From an uncultured Alphaproteobacteria bacterium (GTDB lineage: Bacteria; Pseudomonadota; Alphaproteobacteria; Micavibrionales; UBA1664): a stretch of 64,000 bases of DNA. The stretch covers positions 199,425-263,424 of the forward strand of contig CALSUG010000006.1 in assembly GCA_943789475.1 (NCBI GenBank), in the 5' to 3' direction. The position numbers were made by a program, and so were the translations under genes. Positions 48,174 through 57,425 of this stretch are shown piece by piece. Position 1 is the stretch's first letter, and the number at the start of each line of letters is the position of its first letter. The notes under the pieces were generated by a model. That model was not told the origin of the DNA, did no database searches, and saw nothing but the letters and a program-made list of their open reading frames with translations.

Positions 48174-48989
48174 ATGCAGCACTATAGTCGCCCTCATTTT
48201 TATTACAAACCTGATGATCAGAAGGCGGAACAATTTGCAAAAAAACTTGGTGAGGTTACTGGTGTATACGATCAAGAAAATTGTGATGTAATTGTTACTA
48301 TTCCTGGTGATGGCTCTGTTTACCATGCCTTTCATCATGCAGTGAACAAGCCGGTGTTTGCCGTCAAACCAACAACGAGTAATAGTGTTCTTTTTAGTGG
48401 ACATGAAAACATTGAAAATGGACTCCAGCTTAAAGAAGCTCTTACTAGTGCACACACGCACACCATTCACCCATTAAAAACAGACATCTACATGTCTGAT
48501 GGAACGATGACCCAAGTGTGGTCTTATGTTGATATCAACATTCGGTCAGACAACGCGCAAGCCACACTAATTCAAGAACATATTAATGATATTCCAAGCA
48601 CAGATAAACCTGTGATGGGAAGCGGTTGGATCGTTGCAACTCCTTTGGGATCAACGGCCCTTAATGAAACACGTGATGGAGAAGTGTTACCAATAGGAAC
48701 ACCATCAATCGTTCGTACAATGAATGGCGTGAGTAATTATTACGAACGACAGATGTTAAAAGAAAAAAATATGATCTCGGTTATAATTGGAGACAATTCG
48801 TTATTTCATATAAGAGTTGCGGCAAATCATGAAAAGCGAGCAACTGTTATTGATCATGATAGTTGGACATTCTCACCTAAAGACGGAACAAATATTGTCA
48901 ATGTCCGTGTAACAATCGATAAAGCACCTGAGCGTGCGCGAATATTATTGCTGAATACACGATACAGAACACCAAACCCATTTTTGTAA
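48174..48989 (+). CDS. divergent NAD kinase-like protein
   Basis: 271 aa with VIVTIPGDGSVYHAF (GGDGT-type motif) and WIVATPLGSTALNE (TPTGSTAY-type motif). Confidence 0.65.
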   Translation: MQHYSRPHFYYKPDDQKAEQFAKKLGEVTGVYDQENCDVIVTIPGDGSVYHAFHHAVNKPVFAVKPTTSNSVLFSGHENIENGLQLKEALTSAHTHTIHPLKTDIYMSDGTMTQVWSYVDINIRSDNAQATLIQEHINDIPSTDKPVMGSGWIVATPLGSTALNETRDGEVLPIGTPSIVRTMNGVSNYYERQMLKEKNMISVIIGDNSLFHIRVAANHEKRATVIDHDSWTFSPKDGTNIVNVRVTIDKAPERARILLLNTRYRTPNPFL

Positions 48990-49006
48990 TTTGATAGGAT
49001 ATTAAA

Positions 49007-51685
49007 ATGACACAATCAAAATTATCATTACGCGTAACGCAGGCATCCCTTAACCAAACTGCACTTGATTGGCCACAAAACATGGCCAACCATTATGCCG
49101 CAATTGATGTTGCCGTTGGTGAAGGCAGTGACATGGTTTTAATGCCAGAGTTGAGCATCACGGGTTACGAAGTGAATGATGATTTCCAACGCACAGATAA
49201 TAATCGTATTTATGATGCGTTATGTTCAGTTGCTGATTACGCTCATAGTAAAGATCCCAATCTTTTGGTGTCTGTTGGGAACCCATGGCGTGTTCAATTG
49301 CGTGAGGCGTTTGAGAGTGCTGCACCAAATCCTGATTTGATTAAAAATCCATTATATGACCGATTAAACCTTCCCTTTAATGTTCAAACCTTGATGGGGG
49401 GCGGGCGTATATTGGGCATGACGGCTAAGACAAATTTATTCCGTGATGAACGCGGTTATGAGAACCGTTATTTCAACGAATGGAGTTTTGCAGCAGCAGA
49501 AGAATTTGCGAAACTAATGGGTGTTCAAAGTACTTATGGAACATTGCCAATTCGATTACCAGGTCAAGAAATTATTCCGTTTGGTCTCCCTCTTTACTTT
49601 GTTCAAGATAAGAATGAGAGTGCTTATATTCATGTAACATCAATTTGCGAAACAAAATGGACTGCGACGAAATATGATGGTTACCCATATAATGATAGTC
49701 GTTATGAACAATTGAATATTATTCCTTCTACATCACGATGGTTGGGAACGAAATCAGGTATTTTACGGGAAATATCAAACGCAAGTCCGCCAACGCGTTT
49801 AAAGAACGATAAACATATGCATTTGAATGATCTGGCATCGCAATATGATGATGTTGTTATCGATACAGATGGTTTAGGGACAAGTGGTGCAACATTTTCA
49901 CAATATGGGCATCGCAATATTTCTCAGAACGGTAAGACTATTTCTGTTGGACAACGTATTACATTTGGTCAAGGTGCGACAACGACATCAACAATTCAAA
50001 TTAATAATGCTGATCTCGCATTAGAGGATAAAACGCATGTAACCATTACGCGTGATTTTAAAAATGTTAATGCACCACAGGAAGTGGGTTTTGCATGGAA
50101 CACGCATCAAGGTGCATGGGATCATCCTGAAAACTCAGATCGTTGGAAAGAAGAACATATTCGCAATCAAGCATTATGGATGTTTGATTATATGCACAAA
50201 ACGGGTGCGCGCGGAATTATGGAGGCGTTAAGTGGAGGAAAGGATTCTTCATTCAATTGTGCCATGGTGCGTGTGATGGTCGAATTGGCAATACATGATC
50301 TTGGTGTTGAAGGATTTTGTGAACAAATGTCACATCTTCCTTACAAAGATAAAATTTTGCAAGCCTATAATGGTGGCGGCAAAGAGGCCGCGATTGAGGT
50401 GTGTATGGATAACATGTTAACTGCTGTTTATATGGGTACGAATAACAGTTCGTTTGAAACGTGGAACGCCGCCAAAACACTAATTGACGGTGGTGAATTT
50501 GAAGATAGCGATAAATTTTTCAAAGGAATTGATGGTAAATTTGTTGAACGTAATGTTCAAGATTTATTAGATTTTTACGCATATATTTTTGCAGTTTCAA
50601 ATTCAACAGAAGTCCCTCGTGAAAAGAAATTGGAAGTGATGGAGGATTTGGCTGAATTTTTAAATGCTAATCCACATGACCATACGCCGGATGAAATGGA
50701 TGCGTGGGAAACACGCTTGTTCAAAAAATATCCAGAGGTTCAACAACTTGTCTCTGCAGCAAAACCCGGGCATGGTTTAGGATACGAAAATATTCAGGCT
50801 CGCGGACGTGAAGTTTTGATCATGTTGTTTGCCAATATCGAAGGGAAAATGCCTGTTGCTAATCCAAATTTGGATGAGGCCTATGGTGCGTATGCAACAT
50901 TTGGTGGTGATTTGCACAGTGGTACCGTGAATTGGAATGCTGGATTACACAAGGCTGATCAAGAAGCCTTAATGGAGTATTTAGAAGAAAAAGGTGTGCA
51001 GGGTGTTATGGATCGTATTGTTGCGCTTGCCCCTGCGAATAACAATCGTCCAAGCGCAGAACTCCAGCCGAAAAAAGATGGTGAAGTATCTCAATTTGAT
51101 GAAGACGCATTGCAAGGAACATTTCCGCAAAAAGCCGCATTGGCACGCTTGCGCCATCACACGAAAATACATACCGCCGATGGTTCACGTTGGATGAATG
51201 CGGGTGAATTATTTGATCGTGCACGCGAAGATAATTTATTTAATCCATTGGATGATAATCAGTTGTTCAACTCGGTTGCTTATTTTTACCAACGGTGGGA
51301 AGGGCCCGCGCAACACAAAATTCATGCAACACCACTTGCACCAACAATGGGTGAAAATGTTGATAAACAAACGTCTCTTCGTACACCGAATTTAAGCGGT
51401 GATAGCAAGGATGAAATTGTCGCGCTCGGGATTAATTTAATATTCAAATGGGCGGAGGAAGATAATATTTCCCTTGATGGATATGGTGATCTACATCGTC
51501 GTGCGTGGCAAGATAAAGCCTTTGCATCATCCTTCGTGAGTCATGCAAAAAATCAAGGTGATGATAAAGATGTCATGACGTATGACCTGCGCGCTTTATA
51601 CAACAAGGTTAAAGAAAACGGGTGGGATGGAACATTTCCTAAACCACAAACTACATATTCCCAAAAAACATGGAACATAGGATAA
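49007..51685 (+). CDS. nadE: glutamine-dependent NAD+ synthetase, unusually long (892 aa)
   Basis: N-terminal CN-hydrolase triad context (MPELSITGY; AKTNLFRDERGYENRYF; SICETKW). C-terminal PP-loop SGGKDSS, YENIQARGR and ATFGGDLHSG. Long insertions and a ~250-aa C-terminal extension. Confidence 0.8.
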   Translation: MTQSKLSLRVTQASLNQTALDWPQNMANHYAAIDVAVGEGSDMVLMPELSITGYEVNDDFQRTDNNRIYDALCSVADYAHSKDPNLLVSVGNPWRVQLREAFESAAPNPDLIKNPLYDRLNLPFNVQTLMGGGRILGMTAKTNLFRDERGYENRYFNEWSFAAAEEFAKLMGVQSTYGTLPIRLPGQEIIPFGLPLYFVQDKNESAYIHVTSICETKWTATKYDGYPYNDSRYEQLNIIPSTSRWLGTKSGILREISNASPPTRLKNDKHMHLNDLASQYDDVVIDTDGLGTSGATFSQYGHRNISQNGKTISVGQRITFGQGATTTSTIQINNADLALEDKTHVTITRDFKNVNAPQEVGFAWNTHQGAWDHPENSDRWKEEHIRNQALWMFDYMHKTGARGIMEALSGGKDSSFNCAMVRVMVELAIHDLGVEGFCEQMSHLPYKDKILQAYNGGGKEAAIEVCMDNMLTAVYMGTNNSSFETWNAAKTLIDGGEFEDSDKFFKGIDGKFVERNVQDLLDFYAYIFAVSNSTEVPREKKLEVMEDLAEFLNANPHDHTPDEMDAWETRLFKKYPEVQQLVSAAKPGHGLGYENIQARGREVLIMLFANIEGKMPVANPNLDEAYGAYATFGGDLHSGTVNWNAGLHKADQEALMEYLEEKGVQGVMDRIVALAPANNNRPSAELQPKKDGEVSQFDEDALQGTFPQKAALARLRHHTKIHTADGSRWMNAGELFDRAREDNLFNPLDDNQLFNSVAYFYQRWEGPAQHKIHATPLAPTMGENVDKQTSLRTPNLSGDSKDEIVALGINLIFKWAEEDNISLDGYGDLHRRAWQDKAFASSFVSHAKNQGDDKDVMTYDLRALYNKVKENGWDGTFPKPQTTYSQKTWNIG

Positions 51686-51688
51686 CAA

Positions 51689-52873
51689 ATGATAAAATAC
51701 AAAACGCCTATGGATGTATGGAAAGCATTATCATCTGTTTCAAAAGGTGCAGATAGAGCGGCAATTTTAAAAAATCATCATACTCGAAAGCTGGTTTTAA
51801 ATTCGGGGTCATTTGTTATTTTTTCAACAGGATTTATTGATAAAACTGGTAAAGATTTTAAATCAAAATTATCTAATATTCACTTACTTCAAACACAGCG
51901 CATTAGTCCCAAAGGCGGAAGTTTTGATGGCAAAGGAACATTCGGTGGAATGTCTGAGAGAACGTCTGATCAGGACTATGAAAAGCTTCGTAAAAAAGGT
52001 ATTTTCAATATAAATCTTGCTAATGATGTTTTTTCGAAAGATGACCTGATCTTATCTCCTGGTGGAAATGTTAAAAAAACATTTGATCTTGATGATATCG
52101 CGCGTGTTTCTGCAGCGCGCGAAACCATGGAAGAATTCATGGAATTGACGGCTGTGTCTGATATTTATAAAAAATTGGGTATAGAGCGAGATGGCTTAAG
52201 ATTTTCTTTTTCTTCTGCAGCATTAACACAAATTCCTCTGCAATATGTTCGTGATGACAATTACATTGTGAATCTGTGGTCTGGTGATCTTGAGTATAAA
52301 GCATATGCTATCACACCATTTGGGCATTTAGCATCTATCGACAGAGATGTTTTTGAACATGTTTTAAATGTTTCGCGAACAGGCAATAGTGCGCCTAAAA
52401 CAGGTCGTGAAATTTTGGATTTACAATCTGTTTCATTGTTTGACGCGTTGAAACAGTGGGGGAGATTTAATGAAGATGGATCTCGCGATCTATCACACGA
52501 TTATCGATATCCACACGAATGGATGGGGATGTGGCGTAAGGCCCAAATTGAACTTAATCTCCATTGTGGCGGCGGGGTAGGTCTCGGCGCTAGGGAGGTG
52601 CAGATGTGCAATTTAATTCATGAATTACAAGATTCAGCTATTGATGATGCTGTTGCTCAAGGAATGAATCCCCACCGCATTAATATCCTTGGTGCATTAA
52701 TAGAAATGAATGGTGGTAAAATAAACGACTTGAGTGAATTGGAAAAATTCGAAGAAGATTTTGATTTACCTCACTTAACATTCAAACACATGCAAGACAC
52801 GGTCGATAAAGTAATGACAGATAGAGGTTATACGCCCCCATCCAAAATTCAGAAATCGCATTTGACTATCTAG
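51689..52873 (+). CDS. hypothetical protein, third gene of the NAD operon (weak Nudix-like motif only)
   Basis: 394 aa, starting 3 nt after the nadE stop. FGGMSE...SAARETMEEFMEL loosely recalls a split Nudix box, but the canonical spacing is not met. Confidence 0.5.
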   Translation: MIKYKTPMDVWKALSSVSKGADRAAILKNHHTRKLVLNSGSFVIFSTGFIDKTGKDFKSKLSNIHLLQTQRISPKGGSFDGKGTFGGMSERTSDQDYEKLRKKGIFNINLANDVFSKDDLILSPGGNVKKTFDLDDIARVSAARETMEEFMELTAVSDIYKKLGIERDGLRFSFSSAALTQIPLQYVRDDNYIVNLWSGDLEYKAYAITPFGHLASIDRDVFEHVLNVSRTGNSAPKTGREILDLQSVSLFDALKQWGRFNEDGSRDLSHDYRYPHEWMGMWRKAQIELNLHCGGGVGLGAREVQMCNLIHELQDSAIDDAVAQGMNPHRINILGALIEMNGGKINDLSELEKFEEDFDLPHLTFKHMQDTVDKVMTDRGYTPPSKIQKSHLTI

Positions 52874-52875
52874 AT

Positions 52876-53604
52876 TTACCTAAGTGCTAAACCCTTTACT
52901 TTGCCTTTTGTAAGGCTTTGTTGAATTTGGTTATTTAGCACACCTAATGCATGTTTGTTTTTCGTAACGATTAACGCAGTATACGGTTTTTGATCTCGTT
53001 CATAATCAAATCGATTGATGTCTGTACCAGCCTCTTGAGCGATCAATAATCCCGCGGCAATATCATATTCAGCGGCAGTGATATCCGCGGCTTTACCTAC
53101 ATTCATTCTTTTTTTAACAATTTCATGTGTTTTATTCGTTAATGAAACGCGGTTTTTTGCAAGTGTCACCATCTTTTGCGCTATCGCAACATCTATATAC
53201 GCCTTTTTTGTTTGTGCCAGAGTTGATTGAACACTCGCTAACGCTTTTTGAGCAACATATTGCACCTCTAAATCTGCAACGCGTTCTCGTTTTGAACGCT
53301 TGCCGGCGACCTCAATTTCCTGTTCAAAACCCAGCGTATATTCTGCACCGTCAAATCCACTAAGCGTGCCATTCCCCCCAAAATTTTCGACTTCAAATAC
53401 AATTTCTGGATTTGGTGAAAGTGATTGTTGTGTGTAATTTCCTGACACCGATTCTATGCTTGCTATATGAGATTGTACTTGCGGATTTGTATCTAATACA
53501 GATTGATATGCATCTTCTAAACTTAATATATTTTCTGCCTGCACTTGGGTCGAGATAAGCACTGCCACCATTAGTACAGGAAGAATTTTTCTTCCTTTTA
53601 ACAT
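52876..53604 (-). pseudogene. chimeric ORF: CzcC/TolC-family N-terminal ~175 aa fused to inositol-monophosphatase-family C-terminal ~60 aa
   Basis: The N-terminus has a signal peptide plus LSLEDAYQSVLDTNPQVQ...AGKRSKR (outer-membrane efflux factor). The C-terminus EYDIAAGLLIAQEAGTDINRFD matches the WDxAAGxxxxxEAGG motif of IMPase/SuhB. The junction is near 53060-53080. Confidence 0.55.
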
Positions 53605-53688
53605 CTTAAATTCCTTTGTTGTTTAATAATAAAAAATACGTATTCAACGAGGAATACGAAAAAATATAGGCACACTTTGCCTATAAAA

Positions 53689-53997
53689 TTAAACTATCGG
53701 AGGTCGATATAAGGAAGAGGGTTCACTAGAAACAAACGTTTCAAATGATTGAATAATCGTGTGATTTTTAATCGAGTTAGAAGACAGACTTGTAAACGGT
53801 CCTGCTAAAATATGAGAATGAATGCAACAACAATCCTGACATTCGTCATTTTCTTCCGTTTGATCATTAGTATGATCCACATCAATTACATGTGTTTCTT
53901 GATGCATTTTTTCTTCTACAACGGAGGCACCTGCTGAATCGGAAAAACCGCCAACAGTAAACGAAACCAAACATGCTATTAAAATCAAAAAACGCAT
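53689..53997 (-). CDS. small periplasmic Cys/His-rich protein, CzcI-like
   Basis: 102 aa with a signal peptide, ECQDCCCIHSH and a C-terminal LYRPPI. Its position immediately upstream of the czcC remnant mirrors the czcI-czcC order. Confidence 0.4.
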   Translation of the reverse strand: MRFLILIACLVSFTVGGFSDSAGASVVEEKMHQETHVIDVDHTNDQTEENDECQDCCCIHSHILAGPFTSLSSNSIKNHTIIQSFETFVSSEPSSLYRPPIV

Positions 53998-54181
53998 AAA
54001 ACCTGATATATCATAAAGTTGTATTTAAAGATACACATCAAATACGGCAACTAAATGGCAAAACTGGGTAATCACTTATTTTTTGCTGTTGGGGCTGATC
54101 ATTCACTTCCACAGTCCCAACGCACTCATATGTGCGTCGTATACGAGGCTATAATGCCCGCCATCAACATCGATATATTTT

Positions 54182-54955
54182 TTAATTTTCGGGAGAATTT
54201 TTACCCGCTTGCATCACACTGAACAACCCATTTCCAGGTTCGTGAAAAATGTCTTTTCGTAAATACAGATATATTTTTTTATCTTTTTTATCTAAAAATT
54301 CATCCCCTATCGTGGCAAGGTATGTTTTATTACTATCTCCAATCGTCAATGTTGTATTTAAATTGTGTATATTCCACTGAAAATCCACTGAAGAAGAGGG
54401 ATTTTTATTAAAAAAAACTCCTTCATTTTCTTCTTTAAAAATAAAATGATCATCATTAGGCAACTTTATTGTTTTATTAATCAGGTAATTATATATTTCC
54501 TTATCAATTTCATCATTACCTTCTATTTCCTCACCGTTATATGCTTTCTTTAAAAGGTGAATTCCTTCTGGAGATAACAGCCAATTCCCATGTTTTGTTT
54601 CTTCCCAAAAAAAGTGAATTGAATTGTTATCATCTGTAGCGTAATACCCTGCCGTTTTATTATTTCTCACAAAGTTATAACAGTATTTTCTACTGATTGG
54701 AGAAATGTATATAAGGCATATTTTACTGGTACTTTTATTAAATTTCCATCGCCCTTGTATTATATGCCCTGCTGTCGTGTTACCCCAATTTTCTTCTAAT
54801 TGTTGTGAAAAAGTATTATCGCTTGCAAAAAAGATACGATCAAACTTATGCGCTGTAAAAAATGTTTTATTAGCAATAACGCTCGCATGTGCATTTGATG
54901 TTTCAAACCCTCCCCATACGAAGATCATAATGGCTAAAAAATAAATAAAATTCAT
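54182..54955 (-). CDS. secreted hypothetical protein
   Basis: 257 aa with a signal peptide (…ETSNAHA) and no recognisable domain. Confidence 0.5.
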   Translation of the reverse strand: MNFIYFLAIMIFVWGGFETSNAHASVIANKTFFTAHKFDRIFFASDNTFSQQLEENWGNTTAGHIIQGRWKFNKSTSKICLIYISPISRKYCYNFVRNNKTAGYYATDDNNSIHFFWEETKHGNWLLSPEGIHLLKKAYNGEEIEGNDEIDKEIYNYLINKTIKLPNDDHFIFKEENEGVFFNKNPSSSVDFQWNIHNLNTTLTIGDSNKTYLATIGDEFLDKKDKKIYLYLRKDIFHEPGNGLFSVMQAGKNSPEN

Positions 54956-54976
54956 ATTGCTCGTAATATACGTTTT

Positions 54977-57181
54977 TTATACAAATTTGGGTAATGAAAA
55001 GTTTTTCCAAAGTGACTTGTAATCTGACTTACCTACAAAATGGCCGATCAGGGTACAGATTGGTTTAAATGTTGCAGTTAAAACAACTCCCCTCCAATCG
55101 CCTTTTTTACGATACCCCATAGTGTATGCGTTTTGATGTACCCATCCCTCAACTAAAACATTGAAAATTATTTTTTCACGTAATGATCCCTTATGTTTGC
55201 GTAAATATTTTACCAAAGGAATCGCCCATGCATGATAACCGTTAAGCGTTTCTGGCTTTAAGCGATCTCGACCAAATTTTGTGTTTCCAACATAATCACG
55301 TTTATCAAGCCAACCACGCTCTATTGTGAAATATGTACACAAAACAGTGCCACCGCCACCGCCACCGCCACCGCCGCCGCCGCCGCCGCTAGGACCGTTA
55401 CATGATCCACAACTTCCCTCAACGCTAGTTCCATTAGTGTGTCCATCTTGGCGGGCGTCGTGATTGCTTCTGTAATCTCCTCGACCGTCACCATCAACGT
55501 CAACAGATTCTGGTCCACCACCACCGTTATTACCACCGCCGCCACAATTTGATCGAGCCCCTTGATTTACCCAATTTCCCCATCCGGGTATTTCTCCTGG
55601 CTCTGTGCTAGTTCGCGTTCTTGTTTTTGCAGGTTGAGAACATGTGGCCGCTTGTGTTTCTTGAAAAGTACAATTCATACTACCTCTTTGTGCCCATCGA
55701 CCATCATATTCACTATGATTTGGTGTTAGATTTTGAACATCAGTCCAACCACTAACGACACTTCTTCGCTCATAAGTCACACCATTATTTGTTGTGAGCT
55801 CTCCCCCAAGATCAGGGAACATTTGGTTACAAGTGAAGTGAAGTGTATTAGGTCTAGAACATTCGATACTTACACCTTCATGAGAAACCACTTCAACTTC
55901 ATCTGTTTGTGATCCTGTTTCTCCACCATAATCATTCATTACTTCATAAAAACGAGAAATCTTTTTAAGTGTAATTTCGCCTGTCATTTCACCATATGAA
56001 AGAGATCCTTGTTTGTTATCCAAAGCGTTGTGAACACCTGTAAAATCATTGTGTGAAACATTGATAGTAACTGTACCGGCTGTATCAGGTTGCGCAGGAC
56101 AGGCCTGAACAATGATGTTTTCTTCTTCGCGAAGAAGACGACGTTCTTCAGCACTCATGCCTTCAAGCAGGTCTAACGCACCAGCGTCTTCACACGTATC
56201 AAACTCATCGTTATCTTCGCCTTTTTCAGGATCTTCTTTTTTATTAACATCCTTACACTCAAGATCATTTAAGTTAGAACGTAATGTGTTGGCAATACCA
56301 CCTGATGATATACCAGATAATGACGCCATGTTTACCGCATCAGCTGTACTGGCAGAAACAACACGTGTAACGCTTTCGTTTAATGCAATACACTCATTTG
56401 AAATTTCACTCCATGTTAAAGAATTATCAGCAATAACTTCCGTTTCACTATCAAATCCACGACCTTGAACAACAATATCGCCAGCTGCGGTAAATGAAGC
56501 ATCAACACGTTGTAAAATACCACCTTCTTGATCTGCACCACATGAGGCAGCGCGTGTAATAAATTTTTCTTGTGTTTGTGTTACTTGGACAGGGGCAGGT
56601 ATGCGAATGGCCGCAACGGCTGATCCTTCTGGAATGTTAATTGTACTACATCCACCGCTCAGCGATAATGTACTTGCTCCATCATTAATCGCGATAGATG
56701 AACCTGTCATCACACCAAAATTTTGATTGGGAATAATGTCTTTAATTTTTAATGACACAAGACCTGATTGCTTCGCACCAAGCCCTTTAAGGAATAGATC
56801 ACCATCACTATCTTGTTTATCAAACCATGTGAGGTGATATGCATCGCCACTAATATTACAATGAGCACTTTGAATATAGCTTTCTGCTTGTCCTAAGTTA
56901 AGAGATCCAAATTGTGCTTCGGATAAATCTAGAGATCCTTCTGGAAGTAATTGTGCTTGCCATGCAGTCGAATTAACCACGGCATTTAAGGCTTGATTAG
57001 AATAATGTTCAAAAGCCTGAGCATATGATGTGGCCATCGCCTCAACACGTTTAACGTCTTGTTCTTGACTGGCAACTTCATCTTCTGGAACACAAGCGGA
57101 AAGAACAAGAGCGCTCGCCCCCATCAATAAAACACCACTTAATCCATTCATATTAATAACTTTTTTACTCATCTCAATCAT
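54977..57181 (-). CDS. large lipoprotein with DxDxDG-like acidic motif, poly-Gly tract and basic C-terminal domain
   Basis: 734 aa with lipobox LVLSAC, DVDGDGRGDY, a G13 run, then CTYFTIERGWLD...GYHAWAIPLVKYL. Unknown family. Confidence 0.65.
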   Translation of the reverse strand: MIEMSKKVINMNGLSGVLLMGASALVLSACVPEDEVASQEQDVKRVEAMATSYAQAFEHYSNQALNAVVNSTAWQAQLLPEGSLDLSEAQFGSLNLGQAESYIQSAHCNISGDAYHLTWFDKQDSDGDLFLKGLGAKQSGLVSLKIKDIIPNQNFGVMTGSSIAINDGASTLSLSGGCSTINIPEGSAVAAIRIPAPVQVTQTQEKFITRAASCGADQEGGILQRVDASFTAAGDIVVQGRGFDSETEVIADNSLTWSEISNECIALNESVTRVVSASTADAVNMASLSGISSGGIANTLRSNLNDLECKDVNKKEDPEKGEDNDEFDTCEDAGALDLLEGMSAEERRLLREEENIIVQACPAQPDTAGTVTINVSHNDFTGVHNALDNKQGSLSYGEMTGEITLKKISRFYEVMNDYGGETGSQTDEVEVVSHEGVSIECSRPNTLHFTCNQMFPDLGGELTTNNGVTYERRSVVSGWTDVQNLTPNHSEYDGRWAQRGSMNCTFQETQAATCSQPAKTRTRTSTEPGEIPGWGNWVNQGARSNCGGGGNNGGGGPESVDVDGDGRGDYRSNHDARQDGHTNGTSVEGSCGSCNGPSGGGGGGGGGGGGGTVLCTYFTIERGWLDKRDYVGNTKFGRDRLKPETLNGYHAWAIPLVKYLRKHKGSLREKIIFNVLVEGWVHQNAYTMGYRKKGDWRGVVLTATFKPICTLIGHFVGKSDYKSLWKNFSLPKFV
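55349..55387 (-). repeat. coding microsatellite (GGC)5(GGT-GGC)4, 13 consecutive Gly codons
   Basis: The plus strand reads gcc acc gcc acc gcc acc gcc acc gcc gcc gcc gcc gcc. Confidence 0.9.
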
Positions 57182-57425
57182 CCCTTACTTAAATAGCACC
57201 CGTATAAACAAAGGCACAGTTCTCCTATCTTTGTTCCAGAGTACACCCACATTCCTTAAATTTAAGTAAAATTTTAAATAACGAAAGAGCCGCACTCAAC
57301 AATGACCACATGGCTACCACGTTTGGAGCACTCGCCTTTCTTTAACACACCTAATAGAATTGAAAACCCCTTCAAAACACGCTAATCTACGGATAATTGC
57401 TAAATAGAAAAAAGTAACAACTGAA

